Assembly (NCBI GenBank): GCA_020137815.1
Contig: CM035350.1
Span: 3,844,001-3,908,000, forward strand
Direction of reading: 5' to 3'
DNA: 64,000 nucleotides
From: Hormiphora californensis
Lineage: Eukaryota; Animalia; Ctenophora
Every line of letters begins with the position of its first letter. The first letter of the stretch is position 1. The position numbers and the translations under genes are program-made. Shown here piece by piece: positions 52,197-63,952 of this stretch. Under the pieces are notes generated by a model. That model saw only the letters and a program-made list of their open reading frames with translations, was not told the DNA's origin and searched no databases.

Positions 52197-52305
52197 TACG
52201 ATATTCTCTCTCTCTTTCTGATCAAATGATGATAAATCTAATATTCCGAAAACTTTACTAATGTCACTCGATAGATAAGTCATGTATGTCATGATGTGTT
52301 CCTTG

Positions 52306-55300
52306 TCAGTCAGCCTTCTTGCAATAGTACAACCTCATTGGGGCTTCCTGGGGAACGGAATATTATTATTATGTTAGAGATATTGCCTAGCTCGACCCTC
52401 TTTAGGTGTGCACCGCGGAAATTTAAAGGAGGGTTAGAGCATAACAAGTTAGATAAGGGTATTTGTAAAACATCTGCAAATCGATTGCAAGAAACTAAGG
52501 GGGGGGTGCAGCCCCAAAAAAATTCAAACTTTTTCCGAAACCCAGGGTATGGTTGGTTTTTTTTGGTTTTTTTTTGGTTGAAATTTCTTTGATTTTTTTT
52601 GGTCGTTTTTGATTTTTTTTGGTCGTTTTTGATTTTTTTTGGTCGTTTTTGATTTTTTTTGATCGTTTTTGATATTTTTTGATTTTTTTTGAATTTTTTT
52701 GAATTTTTTTGATCGTTTTTGAATTTTTTTGATCGTTTTTGATTTTTTTTAATTGTTTAATGTTGAACAAAAAAGTTCAAAAAAAATCAAAAACGATCAA
52801 ATAAAATCAAAAACGATCAAAAAAATTCAAAAAAAATCAAAAACGATCAAAAAATATCAAAAAAAATCAAAAACGATCAAAAAAATTCAACAAAAAAAAT
52901 CAAAAACGATAAAAAAAATCAAAAAAAATCAAAAACGACCAAAAAAAATCAAAAAAGATCAAAAAAAATCAAAAACGACCAAAAAAAATCAAAAAAGATC
53001 AAAAAAAATCAAAAACGACCAAAAAAAATCAAAAAAGATCAAAAAAAATCAAAAAAGATCAAAAAAAATCAAAAACGACCAAAAAAAATCAACACTTTTG
53101 AAAATACAGGGTATGGTTGGTTTTTTTTTGGGCTGCACCCCCCCCCCAACTAAAAGATTGTGGATGAACCTCAACTAAGAATGTGTGGCGGCACCATACC
53201 GTCATTGAATGAGTCTGTTTACCTAGGTAACCAAGTTCACTCACATAATCTAAGCTACAACCTTGGTTACGAAGTCACTCCTTTTATTGCATCCGTGAGC
53301 AATAATAACAGAGAGGTAACAACCTAACATATTGGTTACACTTAATTAATATGATAACAAACTAATTAACATGATAATGTGATTACCTTGCGCTTCCAAG
53401 TGTCCAGCCAGATATTTTCCAAGGTCAATTGCCCGTCCAGGGGCTTGTTTTTACACGTTATCAGCAGACCGGTATCCTGAGGGCGATATTTTATTATACA
53501 GGGTCAAATATATATTGTACAGCTTCTGAAATTGAGTTTTGGTATTTGTACAGTGCCATGATGGCCAATAAAGCATTTCCGGTAACCGCTGCCATGATTC
53601 AGAAACGTTCTACACACAAGCGGAGAGGGGCGGCAGGAGCTGGCTTGCGCGGCCAACTCTACCCAAAGCGTATCGCGCGTTACCTTCAACACAGTCTTGT
53701 CACGAATATAATTCTCCAGATGAGAGACTTTGAGGCGCATCGAACATCGGATGTATTTCATCGGAACACTCTCATCATGTGGGGCATCTTTCCTGGAAAA
53801 AGAGTGGCAATTAACGTGACAAGGTGATTAACATTCCTTTTATCGAGAACTTACACAAAGTAACAAGTTACAAAGTAGGTTGAACACACAAAGAGAAGCA
53901 CACAAAGCAGGGACTTACTTGGATGGCTCAAGGGAGATTGAAATCTTGATATCATTCTTGTGAAACCATGTGTTACCATCGTTAGGTGGACCTGGGGGAG
54001 ATGGTGATTGGAGTTTAGGTCTCACAGTCAACTACTTGATGTATCTTTGTGCACCGCCTTGCCTTGTTCAAAAGGGTTTGAACAAAACAAGCTCAGCCCG
54101 GTGTGGAGAGAGGACATGGTCTTTAGTGAGAACACCACAGTGCAGCTGTTATAGTGGGTGGATGTAACAACCTCTTTTACTATTCTATAACCAGTTAACC
54201 ACTAAGTGATAACATGGTATATTACAGATAAAGTCGGATTTTTTGAAGTTGTCATCCCCCCCTTTTCGTGTGCGGAATATTTTTGCACATCACATCACAT
54301 GTTAACGTGTGGTGTGTGCGTCAAAATTGATAAATTTCACATGCACGGTCATTTTGGGGTGACAACTTCAAAAAATCCGACTTTATATAGTAATGGGATA
54401 CATATCCGTGATATACATCCCCTCACCAACAACTGGTATCTTGGAGGGTGATGGTGATGGTATACTCTTACCGTCTGACTCAGAGGGTGAGTCGTTAGTA
54501 GTTGACTGTTCTAAGGTGAACTTGTTCCTGTCTTGTATCTCTCGTTCAGCGACAGCGGGTAGAAGTTTATCTAGCACCCCCTGTAGCGCCTCATCAAACC
54601 TAGCAGTACCGGGGATAGGTGGTTAGGGGCAGTACCGGGGGAGAGTGGTTAGGGGCAGGGGCAGTACCGGGGATAGGTGGTTAGGGGCAGGGAGAGTGGT
54701 TAGGGGCAGGAACAGTCCCGGGTAGAAGTTTATCTAGCACCCCCTGTAGCGCCTCATCAAACCTAGCAGTACCGGGGATAGGTGGTTAGGGGCAGGGAGA
54801 GTGGTTAGGGGCAGGAGCAGTACTGGGGGAGAGTGGTTAGGGGCAGGAGCAGTACTGGGGGAGAGTGGTTAGGGGCAGGAGCAGTACTGGGGGAGGAACT
54901 AGGAAGGGGTGGTGGTTATTTGTATTTGGATGATTGACACCTTAAAGGTTGACAAGATACCTATAACTTTTCGTATATCGTCTTATTTTGATTTATCATT
55001 AATTTTCAGCATTTTTTCAGAATTTTTTGTCGGCTAGAAATATGTGCAAAATAGGGGGTCTACTGATAAACGAGAGGCGCAATTTAAAAATTGATATCGT
55101 AATATCTCCGGTTCCTGATGAGATACAGAAACCGTTTTGGTAGCGTTGGAAAGGTCTTATTGAGACCAATCCAACGCAACCAAGATCAAGTAGCTATCTT
55201 TTGAAGAACCGGAAACGTGAATTTCAATTTGCGAGACGCAGTGAGTGTGCCCAGTAAAACCAGTGCTGACAATATCGGTAGACCCCCTATTTCGAATTTT

Positions 55301-56463
55301 TTCTAGCCGACAAAAAATTCTGAAAAAATGCTGAAAATTAATGATAAATCAAAATAAGACGATATACGAAAAGTTTTAGGTATCTTGTCAACCTTTAATG
55401 GTTTAGATTAGATTGCCAATAACTAATAATAACTCACATGAGGTGCTGGAATGGTGTTGTGCTGTTTTGCAGATCAACTTTACACGTAGGGCAGCTCTGT
55501 CTGGTTTGCAGGTGACGTACTATACACGATTTACAGACTGATGGAGGGAAACGCATTAAATCTTGACTAGCTCGACCGATACTAATATATCGTTATATCC
55601 CACCCTGTCCGACAGTAAGACTAGTACTGTCCGATATAATCTGAACGGTTAATCACATCATCATGAACTAATTACAATACTAACATGAGTGGAGGCACTC
55701 AGATATGGTAGTACAGTCAACAAAGTAGCCATTACAGAGGGTACAAACAAAGTGTTCATTTAGCTCCTTCGCTTTAATTTGGATCTGAGGAAGAAAGAGG
55801 GGGTGAAATGAGGGAATATAATTGGTGCAACCAGCTACTCGTTATAAAACTAATTCTCACACAGTAGACACAGTCTCAACTCGTTATGTAAAACTAATTC
55901 TCAGTAGACACAGTCTCAACACACCTCATTCATGGAGACAGTTTCAGAGCGACGCCTCTTGACGATAGGAGATGTAGGGGGTGGTAGGGTACATACTGGA
56001 CACTTGTCAGGGACATGACCCTTCCACTGGTGGGTCTTGGTAAGAGGTTTAGAGCCACTTAGAGTCTTACAACATGATAGACACATGTACCTGGAAATAC
56101 GTGTTATCAGATCTTTTCAAAGGTTAGTTTCTTGTATATAAAATTGTAGTCCAAGGTGCTAGGACATCTATCTATTTGATCTATAACTGATATTATTTAC
56201 TTCATTGCTACTTGTACAGTTCGCAGTATCCGTATTCTCCCACTATTTTCTGAGAAGTGACAAACTACAAACTACACATTAGTGACTGCTACAATAATAT
56301 TATACCGTGGATGGATGTCGAACTTGTCCTCACTAACATCTAAATTATAGATTTCCCGTAATTTGTCAGCGTAGTCAGCTGTATGACAGACCCACCCAGA
56401 ATCTCTGTACCCACCGCACAGACGACATAACTTTTGGAGTGATCTAAAGTGCTCCTCAGTCAT
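52306..56463 (-). CDS. PCGF: Polycomb group RING finger (PCGF) protein, RING + RAWUL, with N-terminal RAG1-like Zn-binding domain; 9 exons, ~321 aa
   Basis: Exons 56463-56306, 56090-55925, 55784-55685, 55537-55438, 54599-54472, 53991-53919, 53792-53684, 53476-53387, 52347-52306, all GT-AG and phase-compatible. [88 protein letters not shown] match PCGF1/3/5-type RING and RAWUL. Confidence 0.88.
52499..53147. mobile_element. Unclassified foldback element with poly-G/C TIRs, mirrored internal ~10-bp arrays and 6-bp TSD (aactaa)
   Basis: gggggggggtgcagccc...gggctgcaccccccccc; empty site gcaagaaactaaaagattg at 39601-39619. Confidence 0.75.
54946..55394. mobile_element. Kolobok-like MITE (TTAA TSD), second copy, in PCGF intron 4
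   Basis: Same termini and near-identical to 26862-27311. Confidence 0.8.
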
Positions 56464-57411
56464 TTTTCATGCTAGTGAGAAAATAGGGCATTATTTCAAA
56501 CGAAAAGAATCAATACGCCGAATCAAACCAGACTTCTTGCACGAATCCTAGACCCTGCTTCAATTTTTGTTTGTACGAGTGTCTCCATTGACCGGAGATG
56601 GTCGAAAGAAGCGTAGTTCTGCAGATTATCTGCAAGATCCCGTTCGTAGAGTTTTAGTTCGATCTCAGACCCATCCGGGTATCTTGTTATCTGCGTCGTG
56701 TATTATCTACACATGTAGCAATTCCTCACAGAGCCTCCCTTGAAACTATTTGTATCTAGCCGTAGTAAGTGCCATCAGTCATGATCCAAGGTAAGGGGAG
56801 CTCCGAACCGTCTGAGCAAAATTATGCTCTTTCAGCACTCGTCACAGGGCAAAACTGACCGAAATGCGTAAATACAGGATATGGAAGCCCGAAGATGTGT
56901 TACGGTGAGAGAGAGTCGAGGAAGGCAACTTTGAACAGAGTGAGATTGAATTTGATTATTATTATTATTATTAAATCTGTTTACAATAACTTGACACTGT
57001 CAATATTGTCCTCCTATTTGCGAGGAAAATGGAACTCTCTAAAGTCCATTTTTATTCAACTGTTCACCCTTCAACTCATGCGCGTGCGATATTTTAATTT
57101 ACGCTGCGCGCTATTTACACGTTAACATGTGATACACGCGCAAAAAATTTCCGCGCACGACTTTGGGGGGTGAACAGTTGAAAAAAAATGGAGTATAGGT
57201 CTCTTTCACACTCTCTCAGCTGACAGATCATACAAACAAAATATAAAATGTCGATTAAAATACTGATTAGATAATGATTGTGATTAAAATATATTGTAAA
57301 TTGATTAAATAAGTTAGTTAAAAATTCACTCCATGAAGTGCGATTCGTACACAGTCTGTACGTCTCGTGTTGGTCAGTTATACATTTACAATTGATTAGA
57401 ATTTAAACCCA

Positions 57412-57935
57412 TTACACAAGCAGTTCATCTCCAAATAAGGATTGTTCTATCACAGCTCTAACTAGCTTTCTAAAGTTCGATTTTACCTGTTTGTCTTTGG
57501 AGAAAATTAGTGGAAGATGGAAGTTCATTTCATAGGAAGATATCACCCTTAGTTCCTCACGGAGCCCTTCCACATCTTTTATCGCAGAACATTCAAACAA
57601 CTTGTGGAATGTTGAATCTGGGAGTTGGCCACATTCAAGACAATTGGGAACTGTAAGTGATCGCTCGTATCTCAGGTAACTGAAGCTGAAGTCTTGAAAA
57701 CGTAAGGATCTGCCGTGTACAAAGTCTAAGACCTGAGATGAGTTCTGTCGAGACATGTTTCTTGGAACTATGGGGAAATCCAAAATGGCCTCTGAGTTGA
57801 TAAGGCTGGCGAGTTCGTCTTGAGAGCGAATAGGAAGTATGCTGAAAGGGTCATCTCGAGTCAAATGGTTAATCGATGATTTGAGTGACCGGTCCCATAA
57901 ACTACATGTGTACTGTCTCATTGATTGAATTTGAA
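57412..57935 (-). mobile_element. Non-LTR retrotransposon ORF2 C-terminal fragment with Zn knuckle
   Basis: CLECGQLPDSTFHKLFECS motif (C-x2-C..H..C) typical of LINE ORF2 C-termini. Confidence 0.6.
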
Positions 57936-58640
57936 AACTTTTGGGAAAAAAAACAATAAATAACCAACACACTCTCATACACTCATTCTCCCTCTCTCTG
58001 CTCACGTATCTCGAAAGTCAACATCTTCCACTCTGACTGGGATCACACGTCTCTTGGAAAACACGTCTTTTTGAAGAAAAAAAATTAAAAAACGGCCGTT
58101 TTGGAGATTTTTGAAACGAATTTTTTGGGCGCCGTTACGATCTGGGTGTTTGGTGGCCTGTTTACAGGTGCGCGCTGCCAAAAAAGTTGATTCACTAAAA
58201 CGGCTCTAAAGTGCGTTTCAAACGACTTGACCTGAGATTCCTGGAAATTCAGGATTTCCCCTTTGTAAATACACGCGCAATGCGCCGAATTCCAAGAATT
58301 ACGGGTCAAGTCGCTTGAAACGGACTTTAACCGCCAAAACGGTTGAGTGGTTCGGCGGCCGAACCACTCAACCGTTTTGGCTAATTCAAAGTTTATCTGG
58401 TAGGGAATGTCAAGGCCTAACCCCAACCCAAACCCCAACCCTAACCCTAACCCTACTTTAGCCCTAACCCTGAAAAACCGTTTGTCAGCACTCACGAAAC
58501 ACCCAGATTTTAACGCTGGCCGAATTTTTTGGGTGCAGAATTAAATTTATTCAAATGATATTTCGCGCTGCTTTTCAATACTTAAAATGTAAAGCGCGAT
58601 ATTTTATTTGATTAGCGCCGCAAACAGCGCGCGCAACTGA

Positions 58641-59094
58641 AATAGGGATCCCTAAAAAAGTTCAGTATTTACACAGAGTTTAAAGTCCATTTTTTTTCAA
58701 CTGTTCACCCAAAAACTGAAATTTAATAAAAATTAGAATTTTGGTGGCGCGCGCTATTCGTTAACATGTGATAAACGCGCAAAACAATTCCGCGCACGAC
58801 TTTGGGGGGTGAACAGTTGAAAAAAAATGGAGTATACACAGTCTTTACACAGTCATTACACCCAGAGCGGCGCGTGCTGCGTTTTGCGGCTTTTTCTAAG
58901 AAAATATTGGATTGTGTGCTGCACAATTGAGTAAATTGAGCGCTGCGGCGAAAAAAGTTTCCGAAAACGCTGCAAATCGAGTGCGAAAGACGCAGTCTTT
59001 ACACCCAGAGCGGCGCGGGCGCTCTGGGTGTAACGACTGTGTAAAGACTGTGTAAACTCTGTGTAAATACTGAACTTTTTTAGGGATCCCTATT
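58641..59094. mobile_element. Palindromic MITE with a nested MITE (58681-58835)
   Basis: aatagggatccctaaaaaagttcagtatttacacagagttta mirrored at 59053-59094. Confidence 0.7.
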
Positions 59095-59826
59095 GAAAAA
59101 TAAATTCAAAATTGTTTCTCTCGAGCTCGGGAAAATTTTTAAAACCTTATTTAATTTTGAAAATTGCCTTATTTTGAAAAGCGCTGCGTTTGCCAATGTA
59201 ATGCCTTATCCCGCTATCGGGGGCCAGCAGCGTTTGCCAAGAAATAATTTAGCGATACGGAAAATGTTTAAAGGTCTCCAGGGGCCTGCAGGAGACTGAG
59301 AGGAGGCTGGCCACATGAGACGACATCACCCATAGCATGAGTGAGGATTCCTCACTGAGAAAAAACCCCGATATCACACATGATCTTGGGTGATACTGGG
59401 GTGTCATCTGCTACTGGTTGATGTCCTCTTATGCGGTGGTGAGCCTCCAATGTGTCACCTAGAGACCCTGGATTGAGATATTATTTTACCACTTAATACT
59501 TATATCTACACTATTAACTTTGATCAAATATTCTTTTCTTTCTTTTTTATCTTCTTAAACATGGCATCTCTTTGGCATTTCTCTGGCTCTGAAAAGGCCG
59601 CTATAGACGCGGTGCTAGTCTTTACGATAATCTCGGTGTTCTAGGAGTTAGTCTTTTAGTTCAAGAATAAACGGGTAGTGGACTATCATATTTAACGCAT
59701 AATAGCGGGATATAAATATTCTATATTATTATTATTATTATTATTCCTTTGAACTTTTTTACGGATCGCTATTTTCGTAAAAATATGTACTCAATTTGAT
59801 TCATTAACTCTCCCCATTCTCTCAGG

Positions 59827-60717
59827 ATGATTAAGTTAGACAATCCCCTATTGGACGATCCTATCAATGATGATTCAGAGGGAGAACAAGTTGAGGAAAT
59901 GGAGATAACTGGTGTCCTGAAAACCGGGAAAGTCACAGAAGCCGCTGTCAAAACTGCCAACCATATCAACAACATTGCCAAGTTAAAAGAGAGATTACAA
60001 GCCATTCAACAGACCCTTCCCTGGATCGAAACCCTTGACGTTACAGTTGATTTGAAAGTTCCAACTCAGGAGCTGAAAGACATTGCCAGCGACAACTTCA
60101 AACAGGAAATGCTATTTTATAAACAGTGTTCAGTTGGTGCCCAGCAGGGCATCCTCCGACTACAGGAGATGGGTTTCCCCACTGCCCGACCCGAGGATTT
60201 CTTCGCTGAGATGGTGAAAAGTGATGAGCACATGAAGCGTGTAAAACAGAAGTTGGTCAGTAAGCAGTTGGTTCTGGAGAGAACTGAGAAGGTGACAAAG
60301 AGCAGGAAGATGAAGAAGTTAGGGAAGAAGGTGCAGCATGAAGTGTTGAAACAGAGGCAGCAGGATAAAAAGCAGGTCATGGACACTGTCAAGAAGCTGA
60401 GGAAGGGCATGACAGACCAAGAGGACATCGATAACTTTGAAATTAACGAAGAGGAGGAGAAACAGCGGCCTCTGTCAATCAAGGAGATGAACAGGAAACG
60501 GAAGGCCAAGGAATCAAAATACGGATTTGGAGGAAAGAAAAAGTATGCCAAGACAAACACCGCAGAATCTTACAAAGACATTTCCTCATTCAGTTCGCGT
60601 ATCCACAGTAAGCCAAAGAAGAGTGCCAAGAATGAAAAGAGAATGGCAGGAAAACCACAGCGACCAGGCAAGAACAGGCGTGCTCAGATGAAGTCAAATA
60701 AGGGGAAGAAGAAATAA
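59827..60717 (+). CDS. EBNA1BP2: rRNA-processing protein EBP2 (EBNA1BP2)
   Basis: Intronless 296 aa; LPWIETLDVT, DNFKQEMLFYKQ, PTARPEDFFAEMVKSDEHMKRVKQKL, KYGFGGKK, RPGKNRR. Confidence 0.93.
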   Translation: MIKLDNPLLDDPINDDSEGEQVEEMEITGVLKTGKVTEAAVKTANHINNIAKLKERLQAIQQTLPWIETLDVTVDLKVPTQELKDIASDNFKQEMLFYKQCSVGAQQGILRLQEMGFPTARPEDFFAEMVKSDEHMKRVKQKLVSKQLVLERTEKVTKSRKMKKLGKKVQHEVLKQRQQDKKQVMDTVKKLRKGMTDQEDIDNFEINEEEEKQRPLSIKEMNRKRKAKESKYGFGGKKKYAKTNTAESYKDISSFSSRIHSKPKKSAKNEKRMAGKPQRPGKNRRAQMKSNKGKKK

Positions 60718-60946
60718 ACATTCTTAGCCGGGTGGTTCATTGACTGAGATTTTTATTAACTTATTGTAACGCTGCTTTACCTTTTAGTAATCACACCGTG
60801 TTTCAATCCCTTCCCTTATCAGCACCCATTTCTATCGTTTGTATCCCAATTCCCAACTATCAAATCCCTCTTTATCTAGCCCAAAATCCCATCTTTCTGT
60901 CCCTGTGTCCTAAACAAATAATATTTTCCTCTCCCTCACTAGCGCC

Positions 60947-61933
60947 ATGCTGGAGCCTGAGGCTGACCTCGAGCTGCTAAACGATGAGGGGCAGACGGTG
61001 GATGAGGGTAAATTCTCATCTTTCTTTCTAGGGCCCACTTACAGAACAGTTAAAGAGCTTTTCTGTGTCACTGCCACAGTCCTTATCTGCCTTGGTGTCT
61101 CTGCCCTGGTGTTTACCTACACCGAGAGGAAGTGGGACATAATGAATGCTGATCTGGGGGAGAAAGAGCGCGACCAGTCGTTCACTGATCCTGCAAAGAG
61201 GGAGCGGATGAAGACATGGTATGCGGAGATAGAACAGAATCTGGAGTCCAATGTGGGATCGATCAACTCCTACCTGCACATTGCCAAACAGCAGTGCTAT
61301 CTCAAGCGGGACAAGTATGATTTTGAGTGGCACTGGGGTGGGGCTGTCGATTATGTTATCTCCCTGATAACAACGACCGGCTGGGGAGTGACCATCCCCG
61401 CATCCGCCGGTGGAAAGTTCTTCACCGTCTTCTACTTCCTTGGCGCTCTCCCTTTCATCTCTCTCTTCCTGTACAGTCTGGTAGACATGATGGACACGAC
61501 TGTCACCCAAATCCGCCGGTTCTTGGCCTCCCGGATCGAGGCTCATGAAGCAAACCCAGATGGCTGGGCTTTGTACACCGTCACCGCATTCCTCGGTCTT
61601 ATCACCTTCCTCATGCTACTGGTGATGGCAGGTGTTAGTGCAAGGAGAGAGCACTCCTGGGACATATCGGGGCAGGATTTAGTGGCTGGATGGGCAGGTG
61701 ATGGAAAGCAACAGTGGACTTATTGGGATGCTCTGTACTATCAACTCTACTCTATGTTGACCGTGGGACTGGGAGATTTCCATCACAGAGCATATGATGG
61801 CACCTTCTCTGCTAACCAGTTCTTTTTTGTCTTCATCCCTATCTGCCTATACTTGGCAGTCGTCAAGACGCTGATGAATCAGTTCAAGAAGACGAGGTCT
61901 CCCCGGCCTATGAACTTGGCAGGACACCAGTGA
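60947..61933 (+). CDS. Two-pore-domain potassium channel (K2P/KCNK-like)
   Basis: 4 TM segments; P1 WHWGGAVDYVISLITTTGWGVTIPAS.GGKFF, P2 WTYWDALYYQLYSMLTVGLGD; intronless 328 aa. Confidence 0.85.
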   Translation: MLEPEADLELLNDEGQTVDEGKFSSFFLGPTYRTVKELFCVTATVLICLGVSALVFTYTERKWDIMNADLGEKERDQSFTDPAKRERMKTWYAEIEQNLESNVGSINSYLHIAKQQCYLKRDKYDFEWHWGGAVDYVISLITTTGWGVTIPASAGGKFFTVFYFLGALPFISLFLYSLVDMMDTTVTQIRRFLASRIEAHEANPDGWALYTVTAFLGLITFLMLLVMAGVSARREHSWDISGQDLVAGWAGDGKQQWTYWDALYYQLYSMLTVGLGDFHHRAYDGTFSANQFFFVFIPICLYLAVVKTLMNQFKKTRSPRPMNLAGHQ

Positions 61934-62526
61934 AAAAAACAGAAATTAGGATGCTTGGAAGAGAGAGATTGTTGAGAGAAGGAATGGTAGCGGTTATATT
62001 AGAATGAAATGGACCGGATCGAATGGAATAGACTGATTCATTTTAAAACACTTTATTGATAGAAGTTATTTTATTCTGCTGATTTTATGTGATTTAGTGA
62101 TAAGTAGTTATCACCGTCCAATTTGAAAGTTTCCATTTATTGGATGGTCGGTGGATTTTTAATAAAATGTAAATATCAGAATTATATACGCCTAACATGA
62201 TGTGGTAGTCATACGCTCACGGCTCAATAGAATTAGTAGGTGATGTATATTTATCTTATATCAGAAACATGTATAAAATTTTATTGTGCTGTTACATCTT
62301 TATTCTACTGTTTATGTTGCTATGAGCTGAATATGATTTGTTGCGTTTTACTAGCACAAAACGTACCCTTGCGTTTTTGCTCCCCTACCCCCTCCATAAT
62401 ATATATCTCACTCTTTCCGTTACTGTACCTTCTCAGTTCTAGTTATATACCCTACCTTACCCCTCTCCTCGATGCCTCTCCATCCCCTTGTCCCTTCTAA
62501 CTTTCCCTCTTCACACATCTAGGAGA

Positions 62527-63952
62527 ATGGTAGTAAATGGCCTCAATGATTTCATCTTCCACAAATGCCCCAACTCTGTGAAAACAATCCCAATTTGTGG
62601 TGAACCGGGAACGAAGTACCTGGTGGACGGGTGCTCCTTCATAAACACAATTGTCAAACAGACCACGTGGGTATTTGGGGGTCAGTGGAAGGAGATCAAG
62701 GAGAAAATTGAAAAGACTGTCGCTGGGTTACTCGAAGAAGGGTGCGGGGCTATTTTTGTTGTCCCTCACGACGAGGACAAGGTGACCCGGGCAGACCTAG
62801 ATCAGATTCGTGTGGGCCTCGAGTTCATCTCCCAACACAACAAACTTCCAACATCCGATTTCTACCAGAGCCCCGTTGGGGTCTATGTATTCCTGGGACA
62901 GGTACTGAAACATTACTGTGGTGATAAAATCGAGGTTATCTGTTCGGTGGCTGATTACGAGTTCGAGGTAGCGGCGTGGGCCAAAGTAAGGGAATGTACT
63001 GGATTACTAACTGATAATATGGAGTATGTGGTTATGAACACGGCACCCTGTTACCTTCTCTCATCCCTAAACCTACCCTCACATACAGTCACCATGATAG
63101 ATCGGGCAATGCTGACTAGACATGTCGGGTTGAAGGAGGGTACTCTGCCCCTATTGTCGTGTCTCCTTGGTAACGCTCACATGCCACCCGACAAACTAAA
63201 ACAATTTCATCGGAAACTCAGTAGTGGGCTGACCACGATTAAGGACGGGGGAAGCGCTAAACTAAACCCCGTTCTGGATATTCTTCCCCGTATTTGCATG
63301 TATGTCCGACCCCATACCGCACAGTTTCCAATGCTTGCTCGGACGGTGTTTAATGATTCCGAGCGGGCGGGTGAGTTGGAGGCGGTGGTTGGCCGTTACC
63401 AGTTGGCAGAGGTTGAGGAGGAAGGGTGGCTGCCCGGCGGTGCCCCTCCCGAGGCGCCACTTTATAACGTTCAGGTGCAGTTAATTACTAACCCATTAAC
63501 CATATTGATTTTGATAATGATTCATTTCCATACCATTCTATTTATTCTCCTCCATGGTTTCACTTTGTGTGCGTTTGTGTGTCATTATATTATGACGTCA
63601 TTATGTGACGTCAGTCATTTTGTGTGACGTCACTAACGAACCCTCCCCCGATTTCCCCAACCCCCAGGTGTATGAGGATGTATGTGCAAGACAGCGATCA
63701 TGTACAAGTGTTCCCTTTGTTCGGGATCTCCTCTACAGTTATACCTATGAGCAGGGCTGCACGGTGGAGTTTCAACCCAAAACCCCCTCCATGACCCTCT
63801 ACCAGCCCATCCGGCAGGCATGTTACAGCGTGGTCTTGGGTCCTAATGCCTCTGTAACGGAGAATTGTGCTGGGAGGAACACACAGACTGTACCGTGTGG
63901 GGAGCTAAGGGGGCGTGTTGATCTGGCTGCTGCAAGTGGAGAGGAGAAGAAA
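62527..63952 (+). CDS. FAM120/asteroid-like PIN-domain protein, 5' part (continues beyond the window)
   Basis: MVVNGLNDFIFHKCP..YLVDGCSF..WVFGGQW..EVAAWAK..LLTDNMEY..LPLLSCLLGN; exons 62527-63474 and 63668-~63952. Confidence 0.75.

Noticed and set aside
52495-53178. Lys-rich ORFs resembling histone H1-like proteins
   Set aside because: Internal A-rich arrays of a foldback element with TSD and an empty site elsewhere.
60117-61546. Minus-strand ORFs of 147 and 172 aa
   Set aside because: Antisense shadows of the EBP2 and K2P coding sequences.
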